A stretch of DNA of 63,974 nucleotides, the filler included, from Octopus bimaculoides (Eukaryota): assembly GCF_001194135.2 (NCBI RefSeq). It is 6 parts of 6 records of this genome, joined end to end, with 100 filler letters (N's around TTAATTAATTAA, not from the genome) between each part and the next. Parts side by side here need not be neighbours in the genome. Positions count along the whole stretch, not along the records: positions 18,095 to 41,358 come from NC_068993.1; 5 more parts are not named here. One strand, written 5' to 3'. Below, in pieces: positions 27,169-40,111 of the stretch. How positions within the stretch are numbered: the first letter of the stretch is position 1; every line of letters begins with the position of its first letter. The notes beneath the pieces were generated by a model that made no database searches, was not told the DNA's origin, and saw only the letters and a program-made list of their open reading frames with translations. A program made the translations under genes and the position numbers.

Positions 27169-27440
27169 TTTATATATCTATATATATATCTATATATATA
27201 TATATATAAAGTGTGTTATGAGCATTTATAGAACACAGCTTCCATGTATTTCTCATTTTCGTCTTTTTCATAATCTCACAATCTCTCCACGTTCTTCTTC
27301 ATTGCATTTATGAAGATGAAGTACTACCATTACCAATTATTTTCTCCCTTTAACTCGTCTGAATTGGAATAATAGGGGTGTCTTCAGTGAATACTAGCTT
27401 CTCACTGACGCCATTACTGATTAGCTCCTCTTTATAACAG

Positions 27441-27457
27441 AAGGTACGTTTCTGAAG
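27441..27457 (+). CDS. Candidate microexon (17 nt, phase 2-1; or 3 nt)
   Basis: Branch-like CTGAC, pyrimidine tract and ...ataacag|, followed by two identical donors aag|gtacgt at 27444 and 27458. Confidence 0.25.
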
Positions 27458-27987
27458 GTACGTTAGGGTTTACTCTAATTATGCTTGCTACTATTGTTTT
27501 GTGATTTTATTTCTTTTGGGGGGGGCGATGGGGATCATATAGATGGAGGAGGTGATTGCACTTTTGAGAAAACCTTATCGTTTATCTTCCTGAAGTGTGT
27601 AGCGCTCAGCGGTCGTAAGCTCTAATGTAATATCTATTAACTATCATTTGGTTATCACTAATGATTATATCTAACACAGACTTCCTGAATGAGACAATCA
27701 ATTCCCTGTTAAATACATCTATAGTAATGCTAAGTTTATGTTATTTTTCACTTAAGGGTTGTGTTTTATGTTGTGTTAATGTTTGTCTGAAAGCTTTTGT
27801 ATTAGAGTTGTTAGTTCGTATATGCTATTTATTTTGTCTGCAAATTCAAGTGAATTAGAGGATTTTACAAAGGGATAATATATAATTTTTGAACGTGCTT
27901 GAGAAGGTATTGGTGTTATGATGAAATGTAATCTATTTTATAGGATTAATTAGGCAAAATACAATAGCTCAATTTCTTTAATTTCAG

Positions 27988-28035
27988 GAGACGTTTTCGT
28001 CGAGTACAAAGATGATATCCTGGCAGTAGCACTCA
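27988..28035 (+). CDS. Candidate internal exon (48 nt, phase 1-1)
   Basis: Acceptor aatttctttaatttcag| and donor ca|gtatga. Only one frame is open: (G)DVFVEYKDDILAVAL(S). Confidence 0.38.
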
Positions 28036-28099
28036 GTATGAGACCAATGCTAAACAAGTTTAGAAAGGATTCGGTTTTTTTTATTCAAAGAGTTTGGGT

Positions 28100-28552
28100 T
28101 AATTAAATTACGAAATAAAATTCACATAATGTAAACATTATCGGCCACACATAAATAGTGTATGTCTGTTGTTTGTACGCTAAATTTGCTGCGGGATAGC
28201 GTCCAGGGAAGGCTTCCTAAACGACACCGAGACAACTTGTCTCGGATGGCCGACAGTGGTAGATACCGATATTTCGCCATTATTATTGCATATCAGTACC
28301 ATGTAGTCAGATGTATTTGCATATAAGTTCCAATACATGGTGGCAAAATATCAGGACCTACCATTCTTGACCATCCGAGGTGTGTTGACTCGCTTGGTTT
28401 GGGACATACGGCGTTCTTTAATACTGTCATAGGGAGCTTTCACTGGACGCTATCGCGCAGCAAATTTCGCGTATAAACCAAACACATGCATTACGAATGT
28501 GCATCCGATAACGTTTAAACATAACCGTTTTAATTTTGTTTGCATAGTTTTA
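28100..28552. repeat. Long imperfect inverted repeat (fold-back, MITE-like), about 450 bp
   Basis: For example GTTTGTACGCTAAATTTGCTGCGGGATAGCGTCCAG (28171-28206) pairs with CTGGACGCTATCGCGCAGCAAATTTCGCGTATAAAC (28443-28478). Inner and outer arms also pair. Confidence 0.85.
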
Positions 28553-28671
28553 GTGTCCGCTCATACCTTACAATTAAAGTAAGGTTTTCAACGCAACCAT
28601 TGGATCACGCATTCAGCTTCCCCAATAAAGGACAAACAATAGAACCTCCTAGATGATATCATTACATTTTA

Positions 28672-29266
28672 AAACAAGAGGACTTAGAGAGCGCAAACCT
28701 CCGCCAAGGCAACACCAACGTCCTCTCAACGATTAGCCAGAGATGATTTTTTAAATGAGAATATCTGAAATAAGCTCGACTGCTCTCACAAACGAGAATA
28801 CTAAAAACGAACCCGAGCGCTCTCAAAAATAAAGTAAAAAAAAAATGGAAAAAATAATCCAGAATTCTTGTCCTGTACCTGATCGATCACAATGGTAGTC
28901 ATGGAATGTGAAGGTAGCTGTAGAAAATTTAGTAACAGTAGTAAATAGTTTATCCTTATCTAATACAAGCCAAAGTTAACAAATTCACTATTGAAAATAG
29001 TTACAGCCTAAAGGAAGGTAATTGAGAAAGACTTGTAAGTTAACATAAGATTGTAATCATGTAACGTAAATATAACAAATAATCCAGAATCCTTGTCCGG
29101 TGCCGGATCGATCCCAAAGTCTAATCTGTTCGTGCCAGTCACGAGGCCAGACATCTCTGAAAGTTTCATCCGAATCCATCCAGCGGTTCTTGAGATATCT
29201 TGTCCACGGACAAACAAACAAACATGACTGAAAACAATACCTCCGCCTTAGCGAAGTGGGAGGTAA
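28672..29266 (-). mobile_element. DINE-1/HINE-like non-autonomous Helentron-associated element
   Basis: Minus strand: 5' TTACCTCC..-..GGCGGAGGTA stem, a (GTTT)n-GTCC tract, core ATCTCAAGAACCGCTGGATGGATT...TGAAACTTT, 3' subterminal GGCGGAGGT with a short degenerate hairpin, and T-rich flanks. Confidence 0.7.
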
Positions 29267-29628
29267 AAAGTGGGGAAAGGTTGCATTTGTCTTCAACTAA
29301 CTGGTATAACATTTAAAATAAATCAGTCTGCAGATTTATTCAATTCGATATTGTGTGTTTCTGTGTATCGATCTATGCATCAAGAATCTGCCCATCTGAT
29401 AGAACTGGATTTCAGAATCAATTGACTACGACTAGCGATCAGGAAAATAGCTTAGTGATGAAGGCCTGTGAGACATTGATATTTAATACCGATTCCTACT
29501 TATTCAAAATAGAGAATGGCATGGAGAAAGATCATAGACTTTTATTCGTCCATGACACTCTTGGCAACCAAAGCAACCTCTCACATTACTACTGGTTTAG
29601 CACTGCAAGATAGACAGATAGATCGATC

Positions 29629-29682
<54 letters not shown>

Positions 29683-29685
29683 TAG

Positions 29686-29761
<76 letters not shown>

Positions 29762-29910
29762 GCATGGCAATATATGTATGTATACANNNNNNNNNNNNNN
29801 NNNNNNNNNNNNNNNNNNNNNNNNNNNNNNNNNNNNNNNNNNNNNNNNNNNNNNNNNNNNNNNNNNNNNNNNNNNNNNNNNNNNNNNNNNNNNNNNNNNN
29901 NNNNNNNNNA

Positions 29911-30470
29911 CATAATAGTGTATAAAAGTTTATACACGGAGTGAGGGCCACCATGTGGAATTCTTACATACTGAAAAGGGCAGATAAAACCCAAAGCATG
30001 AAAGGAAAGAGTCTTCTTTAAGGCACGTTGCTTGTAAGCGAGCAGGATATCTAAATGAATAAAAGTATCTGTTAACCTTATACCCATGAGTTTCTCCATT
30101 AGTGATCAAATAAATCAATTAATTAGTCAATCAATTGATTCATGAACCATCTGTGGTTAATCAGTAGAGTCCCTGGAAAATGCATAACTATCAAACTACA
30201 ATACGTACCGAAAAACACGAGGTAAAACACATCCGCATTTAGTTCCATCTTTATACATCAAGAATTCAAATCAAATATCCTCAAACAATTAATTGACTAA
30301 TTGATTTCTTTGATCATTAATGGAGAAACTCATGCTAGCTTACAAGCAACGTGCCTTAAAGAATAATCTTTCTTTTCGTGGTTTGGGTTTTGACTACCCT
30401 TTTCAGCATGTAAGAAGTTCACATGGTGGTGGCCCTCTCTCCGTGTTTAAATTTTTATACACTATTATAT
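29911..30470. repeat. Large inverted repeat (arms about 29911-30137 and 30286-30470, spacer about 150 bp)
   Basis: Direct: e.g. CTTTAAGGCACGTTGCTTGTAAGC vs GCTTACAAGCAACGTGCCTTAAAG, and CATGAGTTTCTCCATTA vs TAATGGAGAAACTCATG. Confidence 0.9.
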
Positions 30471-30552
30471 AGAAATATTTATGTCTTCTGACGTAAATAT
30501 TTCTATATAATAGTGTATAAAAATTTAAACACGGAGAGAGGGCCACCACCAT
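30423..30552. repeat. Near-perfect palindrome, 63-bp arms with a 4-nt loop
   Basis: Arms 30423-30485 and 30490-30552, loop TTCT, a single T:G mismatch. Confidence 0.97.
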
Positions 30553-30569
30553 ATATATATGCTGCCATG

Positions 30570-30643
30570 TGACTTCAAAGTTTTGGCCAACTAAGACGTC
30601 GTCTCGTCGGACGATGGCTTTGATGGGCGAAACGTTGAAGTCA
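30570..30643. repeat. Hairpin with 26-bp arms (21/26 paired) containing a degenerate hammerhead-like motif
   Basis: TGACTTCAA...TTGAAGTCA. The plus strand reads CGGACGA T GGC...GGC GAAACGTT. Confidence 0.6.
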
Positions 30644-33567
30644 GACAGTGATATTATCAAGAATAATAAATTTGTACTCTGCAGAAGTATAGAATAACCC
30701 ATCAAATAAATGTAAAGTTGTTTTTATTGTGGCTGAACATAAAAGCAAACATTGATGTGTGTATGTGTGTGTGTATGTATAAATATGTATATATGTATAT
30801 ATGTGTGTGTGTGTGTGTGTGTAAAGGTTTGTTTTATGTCAAGTATATGTATATTAAGGCTGGATTTTATGTCAGCTTTTATATAAAAAGAAGTTGACAT
30901 TAAACTGAAGGATTACTCAATACTGTGCAGTAGAGTACATTTTTATTAAACTTATACTAGGAAAAGGATGGACAATGACTTTGATGCCTCACCTTGTTCG
31001 CCAACGTCAGAGCACTCACACACATACACACACACACATTCATGCTTATGTCTAGATAAATGAATAGTTGAATGCATCTTCGACAAGTTATTTTAGTGCT
31101 AATATTGCCGATAGCTGACGATAAAGAAATTAAAAAGCAATAAAATAAAGCGAACCAAAAACTGAGAAGTGAATTAGAAATATAATATGCCAACAGAGAA
31201 ATGATTCCTGCAGCATAAAAGGAAAGAAAAACCTGAGAGATATCTCAAAGAGAGATGAGGACATAAGCGTAACCTTGCTGCCAATGACGTAATGCCTAAA
31301 TACTTGTACACTTGCTTCAAGAAGGCATGTCTTGTAAGAACCGAAGATAATGACTTAGTTTAGTCTTGAAGGGGAATGCTCATGACCCTCACCATATGTT
31401 ATATGTACCAATATCTATAGGTATATAAGGTGTGTGTGTGTGTCTATAATAGACATATATCTGTATGTGTGTGTGCATGTGTGTGTGTGCGTGTGTGTGT
31501 GTGAGTAGATACAAGCATGGCTATGAGGTTAAGAATCTCACTTTCAAACAACGTGATTTCTAGTTAGATACTTGTATTTCTTAATATGAATATCACACTT
31601 CTAATCCCATCGAATATTACGAAGAAATTATTATCTCCCTTACATTAACAGCACGCTAAGAAACACCCCATATATTTATATGCTTGTATTCAAATACGTA
31701 TTTCTGTGTGGTGTGTCCGTATGTGTGTGTGCGTGCGTGCGTGTGTGTGTATGTGTGTGCGTGTGTGTGTGTGTGTGTGTGTGAATGTCAGTGTAGACGA
31801 TGCCCTACGAGAGTCTTTGTAAGTGCGAATGAAGCTCTTTTGTTATTTGCATTTAATAAATAAAAAGAAANNNNNNNNNNATATATATATATATATATAT
31901 ATAACATATATACCTATATAGAGAGAGAGAGTCAGTCAGACAGACACATATGTAGACATACAGACATAAAAATATGATTCTTTAAAAATTTCATATTCTA
32001 CTGATTTTGCACTTTGATTTATCTATAGATAGGTACATACTCGCACGGACACTCAAACAAGTACACAAATACACAAATACACACATCCACACAAATATAT
32101 ACACAATCACATGTGAGCGGTGGTGGGGGCGGCGTTACAGTGAACTGGTGTGCGTATTATGTCTGCGCTTGTGTTCTGTGTTTTTCTTTACTTAGAAAGA
32201 ATAAAGAGTGAAAGTAGCTTTAAACTGAACTTTATTCACTTGTAACGTACGTACATAAAACGCTACCTCCTACATACATACGTCCATATATACATATATA
32301 TATATATANNNNNNNNNNNNNNNNNNNNNNNNNNNNNNNNNNNNNNNNNNNNNNNNNNNNNNNNNNNNNNNNNNNNNNNNNNNNNNNNNNNNNNNNNNNN
32401 NNNNNNNNNNNNNNNNNNNNNNNNNNNNNNNNNNNNNNNNNNNNNNNNNNNNNNNNNNNNNNNNNNNNNNNNNNNNNNNNNNNNNNNNNNNNNNNNNNNN
32501 NNNNNNNNNNNNNNNNNNNNNNNNNNNNNNNNNNNNNNNNNNNNNNNNNNNNNNNNNNNNNNNNNNNNNNNNNNNNNNNNNNNNNNNNNNNNNNNNNNNN
32601 NNNNNNNNNNNNNNNNNNNNNNNNNNNNNNNNNNNNNNNNNNNNNNNNNNNNNNNNNNNNNNNNNNNNNNNNNNNNNNNNNNNNNNNNNNNNNNNNNNNN
32701 NNNNNNNNNNNNNNNNNNNNNNNNNNNNNNNNNNNNNNNNNNNNNNNNNNNNNNNNNNNNNNNNNNNNNNNNNNNNNNNNNNNNNNNNNNNNNNNNNNNN
32801 NNNNNNNNNNNNNNNNNNNNNNNNNNNNNNNNNNNNNNNNNNNNNNNNNNNNNNNNNNNNNNNNNNNNNNNACACTACATATACTTATATAAATACATGT
32901 ATATGCATATAAATACATATGTATGTGTATGTGCTTTATCATATATGTATGTATATATATGTCTATGTGTGTATGTATGTATTAAGTATGTACGTATGTA
33001 TGTATGTATGTATGTATGTATGTATGTATGTATGATATTCATTGATTTAATTCACCGTTGCACATTTGTAATTTTAGATCACATGATTGCAATGCACCGA
33101 GTGTACATCATTGTATGTGGTGCATTTTCATAAATGAGGATAAAAGAGACAACAACGCAATATAAATAATGTAGCTGAAAAAGGTTTTGATCCTGAGATC
33201 GGAAACTATTGCAAGAGGGCGAACACGTGATTTAATCAATAAGTTTAGCTTTTGAAAATAAATATTTCGAAACCACTTCAGTATGATGTTGAAGCTGATG
33301 GTGGCGTTTGCGGTGGCGCTGTCTGTAATGGTGGTGATGGTTGCTAGGTTGCGGTGGTGGTGGCGGTGTTGATGTAGGTGGTGTTGGTGGTGGAGGTGGT
33401 GATGGTCGGAAGGAATTTTCTGATTCAAACAATCTTCACTGTTATTTCTCCTTTCTTTTAACTGTATCACATACATTACAGCACACGTGTGCAGTCAACC
33501 TTGGCGACTTTACTCATATTTTTAATGTATGCATACGTATTTGCTTGTGTATATATATATATATATA

Positions 33568-33627
<60 letters not shown>

Positions 33628-33756
33628 TATGTACATATAACAGTCTACGAATAGAGACAGGTACAAAATTAGATAGGCACCCACATTCATATATATATAT
33701 ATATATATATGGTGTGTGTGTGTGTGTGTGCGTATATATATATATGTTTGTGTGTG

Positions 33757-33799
<43 letters not shown>

Positions 33800-34132
33800 T
33801 TGTGTGTGTGTATATATGCAGATATGTGTGCATATATATACATATATATATGTGTGTGTATATATATATATACCGACTTATCGACAAATGTTCACACAAA
33901 GGAAAGTATTTTATATGCGTGTGTGTGTGTGTTTGTGTATATACACGCTTATATACATGTATAAGTGTGTGTAGGTGTATGTGTGTGTGTGTGTAAACGT
34001 AAATATTCAAGTGTGTACTTAGATGTATATACATATATCTATGTGTGTGCAAATTCGTCTTGCGTGTATACGTCTGTATATATACACAGAAGCGTGTATA
34101 ATTTATATCAAGAGAACAGTAGCATTGGTGCG

Positions 34133-34147
34133 GCGGCGGCAGCAGTG

Positions 34148-34211
<64 letters not shown>

Positions 34212-34234
34212 CAGTAGTAGTAGTAGTAGTAGTA
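34133..34234. repeat. Compound trinucleotide repeat (GCG/GCA/GTA)n
   Basis: Direct. It produces the spurious poly-A/V, poly-T and poly-Y ORFs. Confidence 0.95.
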
Positions 34235-34493
34235 GATGAATATATGGAAGTATACAGTGTACACGCATAATTTAAAGACCTCCACTGAAACTGTTGTAGT
34301 GTGAATCCTATGTAGATTCCCATGGTGGCGCTATTGACTTCCTTTATTTGTCAGAAATATTATGAATAAATCTAAAACCAATTTGCCCTCCTCACACACG
34401 CACATGAACACGCACGTCTACATAAGCTATACACTGAATCTCACCTTGAGCCTCTAGCTGCTCTATTTTTTGCATTTTTGTATGTGTGGGTGT

Positions 34494-34529
<36 letters not shown>

Positions 34530-35957
34530 NNNNNNNNNNNNNNNNNNNNNNNNNNNNNNNNNNNNNNNNNNNNNNNNNNNNNNNNNNNNNNNNNNNNNNN
34601 NNNNNNNNNNNNNNNNNNNNNNNNNNNNNNNNNNNNNNNNNNNNNNNNNNNNNNNNNNNNNNNNNNNNNNNNNNNNNNNNNNNNNNNNNNNNNNNNNNNN
34701 NNNNNNNNNNNNNNNNNNNNNNNNNNNNNNNNNNNNNNNNNNNNNNNNNNNNNNNNNNNNNNNNNNNNNNNNNNNNNNNNNNNNNNNNNNNNNNNNNNNN
34801 NNNNNNNNNNNNNNNNNNNNNNNNNNNNNNNNNNNNNNNNNNNNNNNNNNNNNNNNNNNNNNNNNNNNNNNNNNNNNNNNNNNNNNNNNNNNNNNNNNNN
34901 NNNNNNNNNNNNNNNNNNNNNNNNNNNNNNNNNNNNNNNNNNNNNNNNNNNNNNNNNNNNNNNNNNNNNNNNNNNNNNNNNNNNNNNNNNNNNNNNNNNN
35001 NNNNNNNNNNNNNNNNNNNNNNNNNNNNNNNNNNNNNNNNNNNNNNNNNNNNNNNNNNNNNNNNNNNNNNNNNNNNNNNNNNNNNNNNNNNNNNNNNNNN
35101 NNNNNNNNNNNNNNNNNNNNNNNNNNNNNNNNNNNNNNNNNNNNNNNNNNNNNNNNNNNNNNNNNNNNNNNNNNNNNNNNNNNNNNNNNNNNNNNNNNNN
35201 NNNNNNNNNNNTATATATTCTCCATTCTTTAACTATCCTGTTCTTATTCGCATACCCGACAATCCTGGTCGCCTACTTTGAAATATCAAAAGAACTTTTT
35301 TTCAGTTTGTCGTACTTCGATACGAAAAACTGAATAAGACACTATTGTCCCTGAAAGGTATTTTTTATATTTACTACGGACTGCTTGAAGCTAGCTTTCT
35401 TCCAACACCTCGATCCATGGACCTTATACACACGCGCGCACACACACACACAGGCGAGGTATGAATAAATTGTAAACAAGTTCACTTGCTGAAGTTCAAT
35501 CCAGACTTGGTCATAAAGGTTTCTTTGTTATGATCCAGCAAATGCTATGTACGAATTGATAATTCAATAGTGACTCTTACATGGGAAGGAGTGGGCTTAA
35601 TATTTAAGCATTGGTTCTTAAAACTGTGTTTTCGCATTCCCATATATGATGTAATGATTTGTGCGCTTCCAGAAACTAAGACAACAGCTAATGATATATA
35701 GCTCTCTACTTTGACAACTGAAGTTAATTTCCTTGTGATTTTATATTACAGATTTATTTCAGGTCTTCTAATGAACTGAATTTTGCTCATAAACTTCTAT
35801 AAGATCGGTATTGTGTTTTACTGTTTTCAATAAACAATACCACACAAAAATAAAGGAATGTTAACATAAACAGCTACGATATCGTTACACACAAAACGTT
35901 TGTCTGTCCTTCTTTGTCCCCTCTGTGTGTAGCCCCTTGTGGGCAGTAAAGAGAGAA

Positions 35958-36170
35958 GAATCGTTAGCACAACGGGCAAAATGCTTAGCGGTATTTCTCC
36001 CGTTGTTACGTTCTGAGTTCAAGTTCTGCAGAGGTCAACTTTGCCTTTCATCCTTTTGGGGTCGATAAATTAAGTACCAGTGAAACACTGGGCCGATATA
36101 ATCGACTAACCCTCTCACATCCTCAATTTCAGGCTTTGCATCTATAATAGAAAGGATTGTTATAATTATT
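35958..36170 (+). mobile_element. tRNA-headed SINE family B
   Basis: GAATCGTTAGC...GTTCTGAGTTCAAG...GAGGTCAACTTTGCCTTTCATCCTTTTGGGGTCGATAAATTAAGTACCAG. Homologous to 36171 and 47701. Confidence 0.8.
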
Positions 36171-36350
36171 AAGGCGGCGAGCTGGCAGAACCGTTAACTC
36201 GCCGAGCAAAAATGTTTGACCGCATTTTATCCGTTCTGAGTTCCAATTCTGCTGATCTAACATTCTCTTTCACACGCCCGGAGTCGATAAAACAAATACT
36301 TCCCCCCGAAATTGCTGGCGTTGTGCCAAACTCTGAAGCCATTATTATTT
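36171..36350 (+). mobile_element. SINE family B, diverged tandem copy
   Basis: GGCGGCGAGCTGGCAGAACCGTTA (A-box-like) ... GTTCTGAGTTCCAATTC (B-box-like). Confidence 0.7.
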
Positions 36351-37371
36351 TTATTTATTTTTTTTTTGGTATTGCTATTATTACTATTGTTGTTGCCGGT
36401 AATGTTAATCTGGTTTTGTATTGTATTTTAACTCGACATCACACTCCATTTACTTCGTTTGTATATATGAATGCTTTTGTATGCGTATTCGTGTGTAGAT
36501 GGATAATACATACATACATACATACATACANNNNNNNNNNNNNNNNNNNNNNNNNNNNNNNNNNNNNNNNNNNNNNNNNNNNNNNNNNNNNNNNNNNNNN
36601 NNNNNNNNNNNNNNNNNNNNNNNNNNNNNNNNNNNNNNNNNNNNNNNNNNNNNNNNNNNNNNNNNNNNNNNNNNNNNNNNNNNNNNNNNNNNNNNNNNNN
36701 NNNNNNNNNNNNNNNNNNNNNNNNNNNNNNNNNNNNNNNNNNNNNNNNNNNNNNNNNNNNNNNNNNNNNNNNNNNNNNNNNNNNNNNNNNNNNNNNNNNN
36801 NNNNNNNNNNNNNNNNNNNNNNNNNNNNNNNNNNNNNNNNNNNNNNNNNNNNNNNNNNNNNNNNNNNNNNNNNNNNNNNNNNNNNNNNNNNNNNNNNNNN
36901 NNNNNNNNNNNNNNNNNNNNNNNNNNNNNNNNNNNNNNNNNNNNNNNNNNNNNNNNNNNNNNNNNNNNNNNNNNNNNNNNNNNNNNNNNNNNNNNNNNNN
37001 NNNNNNNNNNNNNNNNNNNNNNNNNNNNNNNNNNNNNNNNNNNNNNNNNNNNNNNNNNNNNNNNNNNNNNNNNNNNNNNNNNNNNNNNNNNNNNNNNNNN
37101 NNNNNNNNNNNNNNNNNNNNNNNNNNNNNNNNNNNNNNNNNNNNNNNNNNNNNNNNNNNNNNNNNNNNNNNNNNNNNNNNNNNNNNNNNNNNNNNNNNNN
37201 NNNNNNNNNNNNNNNNNNNNNNNNNNNNNNNNNNNNNNNNNNNNNNNNNNNNNNNNNNNNNNNNNNNNNNNNNNNNNNNNNNNNNNNNNNNNNNNNNNNN
37301 NNNNNNNNNNNNNNNNNNNNNNNNNNNNNNNNNNNNNNNNNNNNNNNNNNNNNNNNNNNNNNNNNNNNNNN

Positions 37372-37417
<46 letters not shown>

Positions 37418-37557
37418 CTGCTGGTTTGTATGAATATATCATCAATATGCTATGTAAGCAGTCCCTTGCAAATTTACACTTAGTGACCTACATTTCATCC
37501 TAAACTCTCGGGTATGCATCCACACATATACAGCATCTCACATGCCCTCTCACTCTC

Positions 37558-37637
<80 letters not shown>

Positions 37638-37854
37638 ATACACACACACACACAGAGGCAAAATACATACTCTCACGCATATATACAAGGACTCACTCAT
37701 GCATATATACACACACACTCTTATAAGCAAAGACAGACATGAATTGACAATCATACATACGCAGACCGAATACCACGCTTCTTTGCATAGACACACGAGG
37801 AGACTTAATATATACACATAAACACTTAATGTGTGTATAATATACATACATACA

Positions 37855-37904
<50 letters not shown>

Positions 37905-37925
37905 CTTAGGTTTTCATATATACAA

Positions 37926-37961
<36 letters not shown>

Positions 37962-38375
37962 NNNNNNNNNNNNNNNNNNNNNNNNNNNNNNNNNNNNNNN
38001 NNNNNNNNNNNNNNNNNNNNNNNNNNNNNNNNNNNNNNNNNNNNNNNNNNNNNNNNNNNNNNNNNNNNNNNNNNNNNNNNNNNNNNNNNNNNNNNNNNNN
38101 NNNNNNNNNNNNNNNNNNNNNNNNNNNNNNNNNNNNNNNNNNNNNNNNNNNNNNNNNNNNNNNNNNNNNNNNNNNNNNNNNNNNNNNNNNNNNNNNNNNN
38201 NNNNNNNNNNNNNNNNNNNNNNNNNNNNNNNNNNNNNNNNNNNNNNNNNNNNNNNNNNNNNNNNNNNNNNNNNNNNNNNNNNNNNNNNNNNNNNNNNNNN
38301 NNNNNNNNNNNNNNNNNNNNNNNNNNNNNNNNNNNNNNNNNNNNNNNNNNNNNNNNNNNNNNNNNNNNNNNNNNN

Positions 38376-38420
<45 letters not shown>

Positions 38421-38875
38421 ATGTGTATGTGTTTATGTGTGTATATGTTTTTGTGTAGGTACCTGTGTATGTCTGTCTGTCTCTTTGTATGTATGTATGT
38501 ATGTATGTATGAAGAGAATACGCACCCACCTCAGTTCAATTAAGTTTAGGATTTATTAATTTTTCTAATAAGGACGGCAATCGAATTAGTTTTGAAGAAA
38601 TTGGATTAGAGCAAGGTAAGAAGTTATATGTGGGGAATTGTTATATTAGGGGACAGGGATGAGGGAGGTTAATGGAGGGAGTATAAAATAAAGAATGCAT
38701 GATGCTGACGACTTGAAGAGTGATGAGTAGTAGGAAGAGAGTGATGATGATGAGGAGGAGGAGGAGGAGGATGAAGGTGGTGACGGTGGTGGTGGTGGTG
38801 GTCGTCGTCGTCGTCATGGTGATGATGATAAAGTCGATGTTGACGATGATGACTGTACTTGTTCACAAATATATA

Positions 38876-38998
<123 letters not shown>

Positions 38999-39218
38999 TG
39001 ACACACATATGTGCGGTTGTTTGTCTAGACGCATGCATATACTCATGCACACACATACACACGAACAAACACAAGCATATATGTATGTATGTATGTATGT
39101 ATGTATACGTGCGTGTGTGTGAGAGAGAGAGAGAGACATGCATGTATGTTTACATTTATGTATATGCATAGTAATATATTTATATGTCTATATATCTGTA
39201 TTAATGTGTATACACACA

Positions 39219-39275
<57 letters not shown>

Positions 39276-39699
39276 GCATGCAAATATTAAATTATAAATA
39301 TTATGGTACTACATAAAATTTTAAGTGGTGGGCAGGGTTAGCTACTGGAGGGTTCGTTAGATTAGCCTAGAAGCCAGATATCTCCTTTCTTTCTGTCTTT
39401 CTTCATTCCAGCCTCCAAGCAAAACTCGAGAATTTCAAAACATTCAACTAACAAGTAATCTAACACACCCTTACACACACACATTCACACACACTCAATA
39501 CATACACACATACTCAAATACATACACACACAGACACACGCCATAAACACACGATCAGACACGCACATACACACAAACCTTTAACTTTCGTACACTTTAC
39601 CTCGGGCGAGGAATTCTTCTTCCAAACTCATGTTCGTTTATAAATCGTAATTGAAGTAGGTCATAAGGATTTCACTGGAAAAGCAAAGAGCAAAAGACC

Positions 39700-39930
39700 T
39701 GACCTAAAACTTTCTAACGTTGCCCATCCTATCATGCGATCTGTTTTGCTATAAGGCACTAGACGGGAAAACACTTCGCGATTATCAATCGCCAAAGGGA
39801 AAGTGCCAAAGCAATTATAAGAATGGAAATCAGTTGACAGACGCATACATGTTATGTTGTGTATGAAGTGGTACATATTTGACATAGAAACATACATTGA
39901 GAGGCAATAAGAACTGAACAAGTGCATCTG
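39700..39930 (+). mobile_element. Possible RTE-like LINE remnant
   Basis: PIMRSVLL*GT resembles the RTE motif VRSVLLYGSETW. The remainder is heavily degenerate. Confidence 0.3.
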
Positions 39931-40071
39931 TATGAATTAGTTAAGAGAGAGATAAAGAGAAAGAGATGAGCGGATGGTCGCATGAACGGGACGGCAGAGA
40001 TGGGGATAGAAAGATAGGTAAATAGATAGATAGGTAGGCAAACAGACAGAGAGGGAGACAGAGACAGACAC

Positions 40072-40110
<39 letters not shown>

Positions 40111-40111
<1 letters not shown>

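Noticed and set aside
27543-27613. Exon-like GGGDCTFEKTLSF... resembling a MAM-domain start
   Set aside because: The acceptor is poor (G-rich), and the expected C.W after CTFE is absent.
39598-39640. CGGGCGAG-GAATTCTTCTTC-CAAACTCATG as a hammerhead remnant
   Set aside because: Both core elements carry substitutions, so it is too degenerate to support.
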